Assembly (NCBI GenBank): GCA_035628175.1
Contig: DASPKH010000392.1
Coordinates: 1 to 34,320 of the forward strand
DNA: 34,320 bases
Origin: Patescibacteria group bacterium
GTDB taxonomy: Bacteria > Bacteroidota > Ignavibacteria > Kapaibacteriales > DASPKH01
Direction: 5' to 3'
The notes beneath the pieces are model-generated. The model made no database searches. It was not told the DNA's origin and saw only the letters and a program-made list of their open reading frames with translations. Position numbers and translations under genes: made by a program. Positions 16,281-25,022 of the stretch are shown one piece after another. The stretch's first letter is position 1; each line of letters begins with the position of its first letter.

Positions 16281-19238
16281 TTATACTGTCGCGAGTTTTT
16301 CATTCAGCGCTTTTTCCAGAACACCGAGCAGCTTTGACGACGTATATGGTTTCGGAAGGAAATCCAAGACGGCGCCTGTAGTAGTGAGGTGCTGGTACTT
16401 TTCGTGAACGGCGCTGGATGCGATAATTTTTACTTTGGGATTGTGCTTTTTTAAAGCTTTAATTGTCGCTTCGCCATCCATGACGGGCATCATCATGTCA
16501 GTAATCACCAGTTGGATGGAATTCATATATTTGTGGTAAATTTCAAGCGCCTGCTCGCCATTTTCCGCACCGAGTACAGAGTAACCATTGCGCTCCAGCA
16601 TCATTGTTATCATCTCGCGAACGGCTTCTTCATCTTCTACAATAAGAATGACTGATTTAGAGGAAGGACCGTGTGCAGTAGTTTTTACTGGTGTAGCCTG
16701 TGGAGTATCGCTTTTTAAAAGTTTGTTTTGCGCAAGCGCAGGAATATAGATCGTAAATGTTGTTCCCTTGCCCAGCTCGCTTTTCACGTTTAAAAAGCCG
16801 CCGTGATTTTTGACGATCGCCATTACGGTCGAAAGTCCAAGCCCTGTTCCTTTGCCGATTTCCTTAGTTGTAAAAAACGGCTCGAAGATTTTTTCAAGGA
16901 TCTCCGGTGGAATGCCCGAACCCGTATCAGAAACTTCCACCATAATATACGGCCCCGGCTGCGCTTCAATATGAATGTTGCGGTCAGCTTCTTCCAGCCG
17001 TATATTTCTTGCGGTAATTTTTATTGAGCCTTGTGCATCCAGTGCATCTTTTGCATTGACACAAAGATTTGTAATAATCTGATGGAATTGGGTTTCGTCA
17101 CCCATGAAATCCCACAGGTCGCTATCCCACACAAGAGCCGTGTGAATAGTAACTGGAAATGTTTCCATAATTACTTTTTCCACATCACTCAGCACTTTCG
17201 CGGCATTTACGCGCTCGCGTTTTCCATCGTTTCCCCGTGCAAAAAGCAACATCTGGCGCACCATTCCGGCGCTGTTGCGAGCGCTGGTTTCGATAATATC
17301 CAGCATACGCGCTGTCTGCTCCTGTTTGATTGGCAGGCGCAGCATATCCACAGAAAGCTGTATTGGCGCAAGCGTGTTATTGAGATCATGAGCAATTCCT
17401 CCAACCATCCTGCCAATGCTTTCCAGCCGCTGCGCACGAAGAGCCTGCTTTTCAAAGTGAAGTTTTGCAGTAATGTCTGTATTGATGATAAGGATAGATT
17501 TCGGGCGGCCAAGGTCGTCATGCACGAGCGTCCAGCGGCTTTGCACGATTATCTCGTTGCCGCTACGCGATGTATTGTGTAGTTCGCCTGTCCATTCACC
17601 TGAATTCAGCACATGCTCCCGCGTGTTTTTAAAATCAGCTGGTGAAGAATATAGCTGTGCAGAACTTTTCCCGATAATTTCCCCTGATTTCCAACCGTAC
17701 AGGCTTTCCGCGCTTTTATTCCAGAAAGCAATTCCGCCATCGAGATCTTCCACAAAAATTGCATCCTGCGCCTTGTTTAAAAGAGCTGCCTGCTCGATGA
17801 TCTGCTGTTCTGCTTTTTTATGTTGCGTAATGTCGCGCGCGGTCGTCATTATTGCTGTTTTACCTGCATATTTTACCGCGATAGAAGAAAGCTCCACGTC
17901 AATTTCACCATTTTTCACATCAACATATTTCCATTCCAGCCCTTTGTTTTCCGTAACTTCGCCTTTAAAAAACGCCGTCATTCTCTCGATACTTTCCTCA
18001 TACAGCGTCGGGTGGACAATTGACAGCGGATGCTGCCCGATAATTTCATTCGGCGATTGAGCTTTTAAAAGATCAGCTGCTGCAGGATTGACGTAGAGGA
18101 TCTTTTCGCTGTCATATAGCCCAACAGGGATTGGCAGGCGCGTGAGCAGCGTGCGGTACTGCTCTTCGCTTTTGCGCAGTAATTCATCTTTTATCGTTCG
18201 CTCGGTCACGTCACGCATGGTGATCACGACGGACTCCGTGTTGCCCATATCAGAGAAGATCGGGTGAATGATATATTCAAAATATTGTTGCTGAGAATCT
18301 TTTAAAAGAATCAGTTCACCGGCAAACGTTGTGGCTGTAGCGCAAACCCAGTTTCGTTCACGGTCGAAACGCTCCATTATTTCTGCCGGAAAATTCAATT
18401 CCCGCCATGTTTTCCCGGCAATATTCTCCTGCGAAGTTTTAAAAAAACTCGCTGCAGAAAGGCTCATATACAGGAATTTCCCGTTGCGGCTCATCATCAG
18501 GATCAGGTCTGGTGTAACATTGAGGATTGTATCGAGTGTTTTGGTTTTCTGACCTGTCTGGTAGATTTGCTCAAGCGCTTCCTCCTCCCGTTGCATTCTT
18601 TCAAATTCATTCCTGCGTCTTTCGGTAATATCCTTGCCTGTAAAAGCAATATAAAGGCTATCATGTGCCGGATCGGAAATACGCGCGCTGCTCCACTCGA
18701 TTGTCTGAGCCGTACTTTTAAAAGAATGATGCGTTTCAATCTTCCTTTTATCCCCACTTTTTAAAATTCCTTCAAAAGAATACCGAAGAATCCCTGTGTC
18801 GCTGCCAGTTGCAGAAAGTATATCCCAGATGAATAAACCCTTAATCGCCGCTTCACTTTTTAAAATTAATTCCTCACCGGCCTTATTCATACGGATAACT
18901 TTACCGTGGCTATCCGTAATAAAAATCGTGGCGACGGCAGAATTGAGCACGCCGGTGATAAGGTCGTAGTCTGTTTGTAGCGATTCGGCCTTACCTGCTT
19001 CTGATCTTCCGCTTTTAAAAATCACCGCAATAGCCAGTATAGCAGCAAATGCACAACTAAAGATGGTGATAAGCGTATCTGCGAACGAATGCGATTGCAG
19101 TACAAAAAGATAGGTTCCTGCATCGTGCAAAAGCCCGGCTGCACTAACAGCTGAGACGGCGATCCCCACTGCTGTTAGCAGAGTGATCCGGCGTGCGTTG
19201 AGTGCAGTAAGGAAGTCGGAATACTGGTTTTTAAACAT
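16281..19238 (-). CDS. 985-aa membrane-bound multi-PAS hybrid histidine kinase / response regulator
   Basis: Two N-terminal hydrophobic segments. Several PAS-like modules (e.g. [40 protein letters not shown]). H-box [14 protein letters not shown]. HATPase motifs DTGSGI and [12 protein letters not shown]-terminal receiver [13 protein letters not shown]...[13 protein letters not shown]...K. Confidence 0.92.
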   Translation of the reverse strand: MFKNQYSDFLTALNARRITLLTAVGIAVSAVSAAGLLHDAGTYLFVLQSHSFADTLITIFSCAFAAILAIAVIFKSGRSEAGKAESLQTDYDLITGVLNSAVATIFITDSHGKVIRMNKAGEELILKSEAAIKGLFIWDILSATGSDTGILRYSFEGILKSGDKRKIETHHSFKSTAQTIEWSSARISDPAHDSLYIAFTGKDITERRRNEFERMQREEEALEQIYQTGQKTKTLDTILNVTPDLILMMSRNGKFLYMSLSAASFFKTSQENIAGKTWRELNFPAEIMERFDRERNWVCATATTFAGELILLKDSQQQYFEYIIHPIFSDMGNTESVVITMRDVTERTIKDELLRKSEEQYRTLLTRLPIPVGLYDSEKILYVNPAAADLLKAQSPNEIIGQHPLSIVHPTLYEESIERMTAFFKGEVTENKGLEWKYVDVKNGEIDVELSSIAVKYAGKTAIMTTARDITQHKKAEQQIIEQAALLNKAQDAIFVEDLDGGIAFWNKSAESLYGWKSGEIIGKSSAQLYSSPADFKNTREHVLNSGEWTGELHNTSRSGNEIIVQSRWTLVHDDLGRPKSILIINTDITAKLHFEKQALRAQRLESIGRMVGGIAHDLNNTLAPIQLSVDMLRLPIKQEQTARMLDIIETSARNSAGMVRQMLLFARGNDGKRERVNAAKVLSDVEKVIMETFPVTIHTALVWDSDLWDFMGDETQFHQIITNLCVNAKDALDAQGSIKITARNIRLEEADRNIHIEAQPGPYIMVEVSDTGSGIPPEILEKIFEPFFTTKEIGKGTGLGLSTVMAIVKNHGGFLNVKSELGKGTTFTIYIPALAQNKLLKSDTPQATPVKTTAHGPSSKSVILIVEDEEAVREMITMMLERNGYSVLGAENGEQALEIYHKYMNSIQLVITDMMMPVMDGEATIKALKKHNPKVKIIASSAVHEKYQHLTTTGAVLDFLPKPYTSSKLLGVLEKALNEKLATV

Positions 19239-19302
19239 AAAAGGAGGATCGTAGTACCGGAAGAAGCTTTATAATTTAAAGATAAAATGCTTAAAAAAAC
19301 CA

Positions 19303-19665
19303 CTATACATTGCTGAGAGTATTTCTCTGCTCGCGGCGAAAGATCATTGTTAGCCTTTTTAAAAAGCCAGCTGATGTGTCCGGCCTGGTCTGGACAAATT
19401 CGGCAGAAAGCACTGGCTGCACGCCATTCGGACTGAAAAATCCATAGCGCAGAAGCGCAAGAGCTTCTTCCTGACTGAGGTCGGTGAGACGTCTGATTTT
19501 CTTTTCGGCGGCATTTCCGCTGTCGCCTTCTATTGTGCAGAGCACGGAGCCGTCGGGCGCTTCTACTTTAAAAGCGCATTCGCCATTTGCCACAACTGTC
19601 TCGCGATATGGATGGCGTGGTGTGTACTGGTAATTTTTTCCGCCGAGGTTGAGCTCTACTGCCAT
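19303..19665 (-). CDS. 120-aa hypothetical protein, 64 nt upstream of and co-oriented with the hybrid kinase
   Basis: Clean ATG ORF in an otherwise unoccupied interval. I recognise no family. No signal peptide. Confidence 0.55.
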   Translation of the reverse strand: MAVELNLGGKNYQYTPRHPYRETVVANGECAFKVEAPDGSVLCTIEGDSGNAAEKKIRRLTDLSQEEALALLRYGFFSPNGVQPVLSAEFVQTRPDTSAGFLKRLTMIFRREQRNTLSNV

Positions 19666-19806
19666 AATGTTCGAAATGTATTTTTACAGGAAACAGTTTT
19701 AAAAATTATCTGTAAAAATAGCCTTTCGCATGATTATTCCTCTGTTATGATTTCTTTAAAAAGGGGGTAAAACCTCAGTGTTACGCTTTTTAAAAACTGC
19801 ACCCAT

Positions 19807-19867
19807 GTAATCTTGCTATTTCATAAAGTCCCCGTAATACTTCCATAACACCCCAGTCATAACTTTG
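19807..19867 (+). promoter_or_regulatory. Candidate promoter/operator of the 19918 gene: GTAAT-type repeats plus a TAACTTTG -7 box
   Basis: GTAATC at 19807-19812, CCCGTAATACT at 19831-19841, ATAACA at 19845-19850 (11 nt after GTAATA), and TAACTTTG at 19860-19867 (matches TAnnTTTG). A GGAG lies 8 nt before GTG 19918. Confidence 0.55.
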
Positions 19868-19917
19868 TGCAACTCATTTAAAAGCCAAAGTTTTATAAAA
19901 TTTTCGGAGAAAACATT

Positions 19918-22900
19918 GTGAAAAAACAGTGTACTTCTTTTTTTAAAAAGAGCGGTGTATCAGCTCTTTTTCTTGCTGCAATGCTGTCTTCCGGCGTTGC
20001 TGTACAGGCGCAGGTGACGACCGTTTCGGCGAAGGTCAGCCAGGCAACGGACGATATGGAAGAAGTCGTTGCCACGGGTGCAATTGACTTTGATAGCTCT
20101 GACCTTGAGATGACAAGCGAAGGAGCCGGAGTGCAGATCCTCGGTTTTCGTTTTGCGAGTCTGAATATTCCGGCAGGGGCCATCATCACAAGCGCGCATA
20201 TTCAGTTTCGTGCCGATGAAGTGAATACAGAAGCCACTACGCTAACAATTCGTGGTGAAGCTGTAAACAATGCAGCAACATTTGCCAATGCAGCCTACAC
20301 GGTATCATCACGTCCAATGACGTCTGCAAGCGCCCAATGGAGCCCTGCACCATGGACAATTATTGACGAGCGTGGCCCGGCACAAAGAACAGCAGATTTT
20401 AAAAACGTAGTGCAGGAAATCGTGAGCCGTGCGGGCTGGAGGGCAAATAATGCGCTTGCAATCTTTATCACGGGAACAGGCAAACGCGTTGCTGACTCGT
20501 ATGAAGGTTCTGCGGCAAATGCTGCTGAACTGACCGTGCAGTATGTCATGCCAACGACGGTTTCTGTTCGCGTAAATAACGGAAATGATGATGCCGAGGA
20601 GAATATTTCTTCAGGTGCAATGGACCTCACGAGCAGTGATCTCGAGCTGACAGAAGATGGCTCAAACCAGTTCGTCGGGATGCGCTTTAACGGCCTGAAT
20701 ATTCCAAAGGGTGCAACTATTTCGCGTGCATACATCCAATTTTCTGTAGATGAAACGCACTCGGGCGTCACAAACCTTGTATTCCGTGGACAGGCGAGCG
20801 ATAATGCGGCAACCTTTACATCCACAGCGGGCAATATTTCCTCACGCCCACTCACCACAGCAAGTGTAAACTGGTCGCCTGCACCATGGATGACCCTTCT
20901 TCAGGCAGGCGCGGATCAGCGCACTCCAGACCTGTCGCCGATCATCCAGGAGATTGTAGACCGTAGTGGCTGGAATGCTTTTAATTCACTAGTGGTTCGT
21001 GTATCAGGAAGTGGCAAACGCGTAGCAGAATCGTACAACGTTTCTACTGCTCGTGCTCCGCAGCTCGTGGTGGAATACTACACGCTGGTACGCCCGCAGC
21101 CGCCAATGGGAACATTCCCTGTTGCAAAAAATTCGCTCTGGAAATACTTTGATAAAGGAACAGATCCGGGCGCTAACTGGAAGGACGTGAATTTTAACGA
21201 TAGCCTGTGGGATTTCGGCGCCGCACAGCTTGGCTATGGCGACGGCGATGAAGCGACAGTTGTCAGCTTCGGCTCAAATTCTTCGAATAAATTTCCTGCC
21301 ACATTCTTCCGCCATACATTCACGGTAGATCAGATCCCGGCGATGGATTCACTCATTGTATCGCTCATGCGTGATGACGGCGCGATTATCTATTTGAATG
21401 GAACGGAGATCGTTCGCTCGAACATGCCAGCCGGGCTGGTAACACATCTTACCTACGCTTCTGGAACGGTAGATGGCACAAATGAATCAACCTACTTTAA
21501 TTTTTCTGCAAATAAAAATCTGCTTGTAGCAGGCAAAAATGTGCTCGCAGTGCAGATCCACCAGGATCGTGCGAGCAGCTCCGACATCAGCTTTAACCTT
21601 GAGTTAAAAGGCAAAAAGAATGATGCAAAGCTTATTACGGCTGGCACCGAATGGAAATATTATGATGGCGGTTCGCTTCCTGGCGAAAGCTGGATGCATC
21701 CTGCATTTACCGATGCTGCATGGTTTAAAGGCAAAGCGCCGCTTGGCTATGGCAATGGGGACGAAGTAACGGTGATTGGCCACGGCCCAAGCGCTATTTT
21801 TAAAAATATCACAAGCTATTTCCGCAAATCATTCAATATAGCTGACACTATTGGTTTTAAAACACTGACTCTGCGTTTAAAACGCGACGACGGCGCAGTT
21901 ATCTACCTTAATGGTACCGAGCTTCTCCGCAATAACATGCCGGGCGGCACAATTAGCAATGAAACGCTTGCTGGAAGCTACGTTGAGGGCGCAGAAGAAG
22001 ATGAATTTATTACATACTACATCAGCCCTTCGGTTTTAAAAATGGGCGCAAATATGCTTGCCGTGGAAATTCACCAGAATACTCCGACGAGCACTGACAC
22101 GCGCTTTGACCTTGACCTCACACTTCAGGAAACACCGCAGGCACTCACGCCGACAGGCAGCAATGTTACCTGCGCTACGGGCGACAAGATCAGTTGTTTT
22201 ACATCTGTTACACCAACACCACAGCAACCGACTTTCAACTTCCCCGCAGGCACGCATACATTCCAGGTGCTGATGAAATCACAGCGCGACCGCTATACGG
22301 GTACCAACGAGCTGATCCCGAACGGCAACGACTTTACCGGGTTTATTCCGCATAACATGACAAGCAGCACAAAGGGAGTTCTCTCGGTAAATCACGAAAA
22401 TACTCCGGGCGGCGTATCGCTTGTTGACCTTGAGTTCGATCCGCTCACAGCGCTCTGGCGAGTACCACAGATCCGCAAAGTGAATTTTGCGCCGGTTGTG
22501 CAGACAGTGAGAAATTGCTCCGGCGGTGTGACCCCGTGGGGAACCGTAATTACCTCAGAAGAAACATACACCACAGGAGATGCAAATGGCGACGGCTATC
22601 AGGATATTGGCTGGAACGTGGAAATTGATCCTGTCACGGGCGGAATCCGCGATTTTGATGGCGATGGAAAACCTGATAAACTCTGGGCCGTCGGACGCAT
22701 GAGCCACGAAAACGTGGTTGTGGCGAAGGATAGCGTAACGCTTTACCAAGGCGAAGACGGTGGTACGGGCTGCGTTTACAAATTCGTAGCTTTTAAAAAG
22801 ACACGCCTTGATTCAGGAAATCTCTATGTTTTAAAACGCGACTCCCCGACTTCAACAACGGGAACATGGGTTCTGATGCCAAATACAACGAAGTCTGACC

Positions 22901-24783
22901 GCAACCTGACATCAACGCTTGCCGGAACGCTCGGCACTCGTTTTGGCGGTGTAGAAGATGTTGAGATCAGTCCGAAAAACGGCATGGTGTATTTTACGGA
23001 GAAGGGCCGCGGCGAAACATGGCGTTTTAAAGACGACGGGATGACTGTTTCAAACCTCGAAATATTCCTTTCAAACCAGATGTACCCGCTTACCCATGAA
23101 ACAGGCTTTACAACTGAGCGCTGGGATGTCGGGAATGACAACCTTGACTTTGATGGCGAGGGAAACCTCTGGGTACTGCAGGATGGCGGACGCGACCACA
23201 TCTGGATGGTGCGCCATGACCACACGCCGCAAAACCCAAAAGTAGAGCTTTTTGCAACAAGCCCGACAGGAAGCGAGCCAACAGGCATCACATTTTCGCC
23301 GGACTACCGTTTTATGTTCCTGTCATTCCAGAATCCAAGCAGCACCAATGCAGCCGTACAGCGTGATGCTGTAGGAAATGCCGTAACATTTAATGCTTCA
23401 ACAACGGTTGTCATTGCACGCAAAGAGCATCTGGGTGCAGGTGCAATTGCTCCGAAAGTAGAGCTCGGCTCGGACATTACAGCGTGCGAAGGAACATTTA
23501 TCCAGCTGAAATATGACAACAAAGAGGCGCAGAATATCTGGAGCGACGGCAGCACAGAAACTGTCCGCACAATTACCAAAAGCGGCACATATATTTTAAA
23601 AGCAATTGGTAATAACGGGCGTGAAGCTTCTGACACTGTTCGCATTACCTTCCTGCCAAAACCTGTTGTGACGCTTGGCGCAGCGCAAACGATCTGCGAA
23701 GGCAAAACAGCGCTTTTAAAAGCGCCTGAAGGTTTTAAAAACTATATGTGGAATGACGGTGCAGCAGGCCCTGTTCGTGAAGTATCAAAAGCCGGAACGT
23801 ACACTGTGACAGTTCTGAATGAAACAGGGTGTTCGGAAACAGCGTCCGTGCAGGTTTTTGTAAAACCATCGCCACAGCCACAGCTTGCCGAAGTAGCAGC
23901 GATCTGCGAAGGCGGACAGGCAGTTTTAAACGCAGGGGAAGGATTTACTTCATACCAGTGGAGTACTGGCGCTAGGACACCACAGATCACGGTAACGCAG
24001 ACAGGCCGCTACTCAGTGATGATGATGAATGCAGACGGCTGCGAGTACCGTGATTCTGTCCTTGTTTCGCTTGCTCCGGCGGTAACGCTCGGCGCTGATC
24101 GCACGATCTGTGAAGGTGGAAAAACGCTTTTAAGACCAATGAGTTTTGTTGACTTTGCCGACTACGAATGGAGCACTGGCACTAAAGCAGTTTCCCTTGA
24201 AGCAACTCAGCCGGGAAGCTATTGGGTAAAAATGACAACACGCGAAGGCTGCGTCACAATGGACACAGTAAACGTAACGCTTGTAAACCTTGCCGTGAAC
24301 CTCGGAGCCGACACAATGATCTGCGAAAACTGCACGATGACGCTGGACGCAGGTGCAGGATTTGCATCATACCAGTGGAATACCGGCGAAACAACACGCA
24401 CCATCACTGTTTCAAAAACAGGCACATATTCTGTGATCGCGAAAAACAGCGATGGCTGCTCGGCACAGGATGAAGTGGAGGTGCTGGTACAGGAGCCGAC
24501 AGGCGTTCATGAGTCACTTGTGAAATCAGGTATCAATGTCTTTCCAAACCCGTTCACAACGCAGCTGACGCTCACTCTCGAGCTGCTGAAAGATGAAGCC
24601 GTCACAGCAGAACTCTTTGAAGTAAGCGGCAAAAAGGTGGCAATGCTCATGAGCCAGCCGCTCAATGCAGGCAAACACTCGCTCAACCTTTCCACCGAGG
24701 GGCTGAACCTTGCAAAAGGAATGTACGTGCTGAAAATCAAAATCGGTGGGCGCGAATACTCGCAGACAATTGTAAAGGACTAA
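19918..24783 (+). CDS. 1621-aa T9SS cargo: 2 x unknown ~180-aa domain, 2 x jelly-roll/CBM-like domain, PhoX (DUF839-type) phosphatase-like beta-propeller, 5 x Cys-containing Ig-like repeats, CTD
   Basis: GTG start with a GGAG Shine-Dalgarno-like site and signal peptide (...LFLAAMLSSGVAVQA|QV). The PhoX hallmark 'VRNCSGGVTPWGTVITSEE' is at 22507-22563, with VNHENTPGG upstream and FGGVEDVEI, NLDFDGEGNLWVLQDGG and PTGSEPTGITFSPD downstream. The sequence ends with a T9SS CTD. Confidence 0.92.
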   Translation: MKKQCTSFFKKSGVSALFLAAMLSSGVAVQAQVTTVSAKVSQATDDMEEVVATGAIDFDSSDLEMTSEGAGVQILGFRFASLNIPAGAIITSAHIQFRADEVNTEATTLTIRGEAVNNAATFANAAYTVSSRPMTSASAQWSPAPWTIIDERGPAQRTADFKNVVQEIVSRAGWRANNALAIFITGTGKRVADSYEGSAANAAELTVQYVMPTTVSVRVNNGNDDAEENISSGAMDLTSSDLELTEDGSNQFVGMRFNGLNIPKGATISRAYIQFSVDETHSGVTNLVFRGQASDNAATFTSTAGNISSRPLTTASVNWSPAPWMTLLQAGADQRTPDLSPIIQEIVDRSGWNAFNSLVVRVSGSGKRVAESYNVSTARAPQLVVEYYTLVRPQPPMGTFPVAKNSLWKYFDKGTDPGANWKDVNFNDSLWDFGAAQLGYGDGDEATVVSFGSNSSNKFPATFFRHTFTVDQIPAMDSLIVSLMRDDGAIIYLNGTEIVRSNMPAGLVTHLTYASGTVDGTNESTYFNFSANKNLLVAGKNVLAVQIHQDRASSSDISFNLELKGKKNDAKLITAGTEWKYYDGGSLPGESWMHPAFTDAAWFKGKAPLGYGNGDEVTVIGHGPSAIFKNITSYFRKSFNIADTIGFKTLTLRLKRDDGAVIYLNGTELLRNNMPGGTISNETLAGSYVEGAEEDEFITYYISPSVLKMGANMLAVEIHQNTPTSTDTRFDLDLTLQETPQALTPTGSNVTCATGDKISCFTSVTPTPQQPTFNFPAGTHTFQVLMKSQRDRYTGTNELIPNGNDFTGFIPHNMTSSTKGVLSVNHENTPGGVSLVDLEFDPLTALWRVPQIRKVNFAPVVQTVRNCSGGVTPWGTVITSEETYTTGDANGDGYQDIGWNVEIDPVTGGIRDFDGDGKPDKLWAVGRMSHENVVVAKDSVTLYQGEDGGTGCVYKFVAFKKTRLDSGNLYVLKRDSPTSTTGTWVLMPNTTKSDRNLTSTLAGTLGTRFGGVEDVEISPKNGMVYFTEKGRGETWRFKDDGMTVSNLEIFLSNQMYPLTHETGFTTERWDVGNDNLDFDGEGNLWVLQDGGRDHIWMVRHDHTPQNPKVELFATSPTGSEPTGITFSPDYRFMFLSFQNPSSTNAAVQRDAVGNAVTFNASTTVVIARKEHLGAGAIAPKVELGSDITACEGTFIQLKYDNKEAQNIWSDGSTETVRTITKSGTYILKAIGNNGREASDTVRITFLPKPVVTLGAAQTICEGKTALLKAPEGFKNYMWNDGAAGPVREVSKAGTYTVTVLNETGCSETASVQVFVKPSPQPQLAEVAAICEGGQAVLNAGEGFTSYQWSTGARTPQITVTQTGRYSVMMMNADGCEYRDSVLVSLAPAVTLGADRTICEGGKTLLRPMSFVDFADYEWSTGTKAVSLEATQPGSYWVKMTTREGCVTMDTVNVTLVNLAVNLGADTMICENCTMTLDAGAGFASYQWNTGETTRTITVSKTGTYSVIAKNSDGCSAQDEVEVLVQEPTGVHESLVKSGINVFPNPFTTQLTLTLELLKDEAVTAELFEVSGKKVAMLMSQPLNAGKHSLNLSTEGLNLAKGMYVLKIKIGGREYSQTIVKD
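20014..21084 (+). repeat. Two tandem ~180-aa domains of unknown function (20014-20553, 20554-21084)
   Basis: Shared pattern: V...V....DD.EE....GA(I/M)D..SSDLE(M/L)T..G...Q..G.RF..LNIP.GA.I..A.IQF..DE......L..RG.A..NAATF.......SSRP.T.AS..WSPAPW.....G..QRT.D....+QEIV.R.GW.....L.+...G.GKRVA.SY..S.A.A..L.V.Y. Confidence 0.8.
21115..22131 (+). repeat. Two tandem jelly-roll/CBM-like domains (~165 aa each)
   Basis: Both copies carry W+Y.D.G..PG..W....F.D..W..G.A.LGYG(D/N)GDE.TV...G.......T.+FR..F.+.......L.+.L.RDDGA+IYLNGTE+.R.NMP.G and end ...LAV(Q/E)IHQ......D..F.L+L. Confidence 0.75.
22234..23433 (+). other. PhoX/DUF839-like beta-propeller core of the 19918-24783 protein
   Basis: The motif NCSGGVTPWGTVITSEE closely matches the PhoX active-site-region signature NC(A/S)GG.TPWGT.L(T/S)(C/S)EE. 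It is flanked by propeller-like blades (see the CDS evidence). Confidence 0.7.
23458..24498 (+). repeat. Five tandem ~69-aa Cys-containing Ig-like repeats
   Basis: The unit recurs five times: LG.D..ICEG....L.A..GF..Y.WS.G......I.V...G.Y.V......GC...D.V.V. Confidence 0.8.
24532..24780 (+). other. T9SS type-A C-terminal sorting domain of the 19918-24783 protein
   Basis: INVFPNPFTTQLTLTLELLKDEAVTAELFEVSGKKVAMLMSQ...LAKGMYVLKIKIGGREYSQTIVKD. Confidence 0.85.
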
Positions 24784-24800
24784 TCACCGATTTTTTAAAC

Positions 24801-24848
24801 TCAAGGCCGTGCAGCGTAAAAAAGTTGTACGGTCTTGAGCTGTTTTTT
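24801..24848 (+). terminator. Rho-independent terminator after the 19918-24783 gene
   Basis: TCAAGGCCGTGCA (24801-24813) pairs with TGTACGGTCTTGA (24826-24838), including two G-U pairs valid on the + strand. The loop is 12 nt. GCTGTTTTTT follows (to 24848). Confidence 0.75.
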
Positions 24849-24877
24849 AGTGCTAATTTTTTAAATTAAAACTATCA

Positions 24878-24972
24878 TTGCGAGGCGCGGTCTCCTGCAA
24901 TATGGAAATCGCAAAGACAGAATCACTGTCAAAGTGTTTACGATTGATTTGTCGGGAGACCCTACTTCGCAA
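24878..24972 (+). ncRNA. Candidate structured RNA / 5' leader element (~95 nt) upstream of the LRR gene
   Basis: Nested helices. P1 is TTGCGAGG (24878-24885) with CTTCGCAA (24965-24972). P2 is GGTCTCCTG (24889-24897) with CGGGAGACC (24953-24961), across a symmetric 3x3 internal loop. An inner hairpin GACAG-AATCA-CTGTC lies at 24916-24930. AATCG (24907-24911) can pair with CGATT (24941-24945). The G-U pairs are valid only on the + strand. I recognise no known family. Confidence 0.3.
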
Positions 24973-25022
24973 GGACATTTACGTAGAATTGAATCTTTAA
25001 ACCATTACATCCGAAATTCCAC

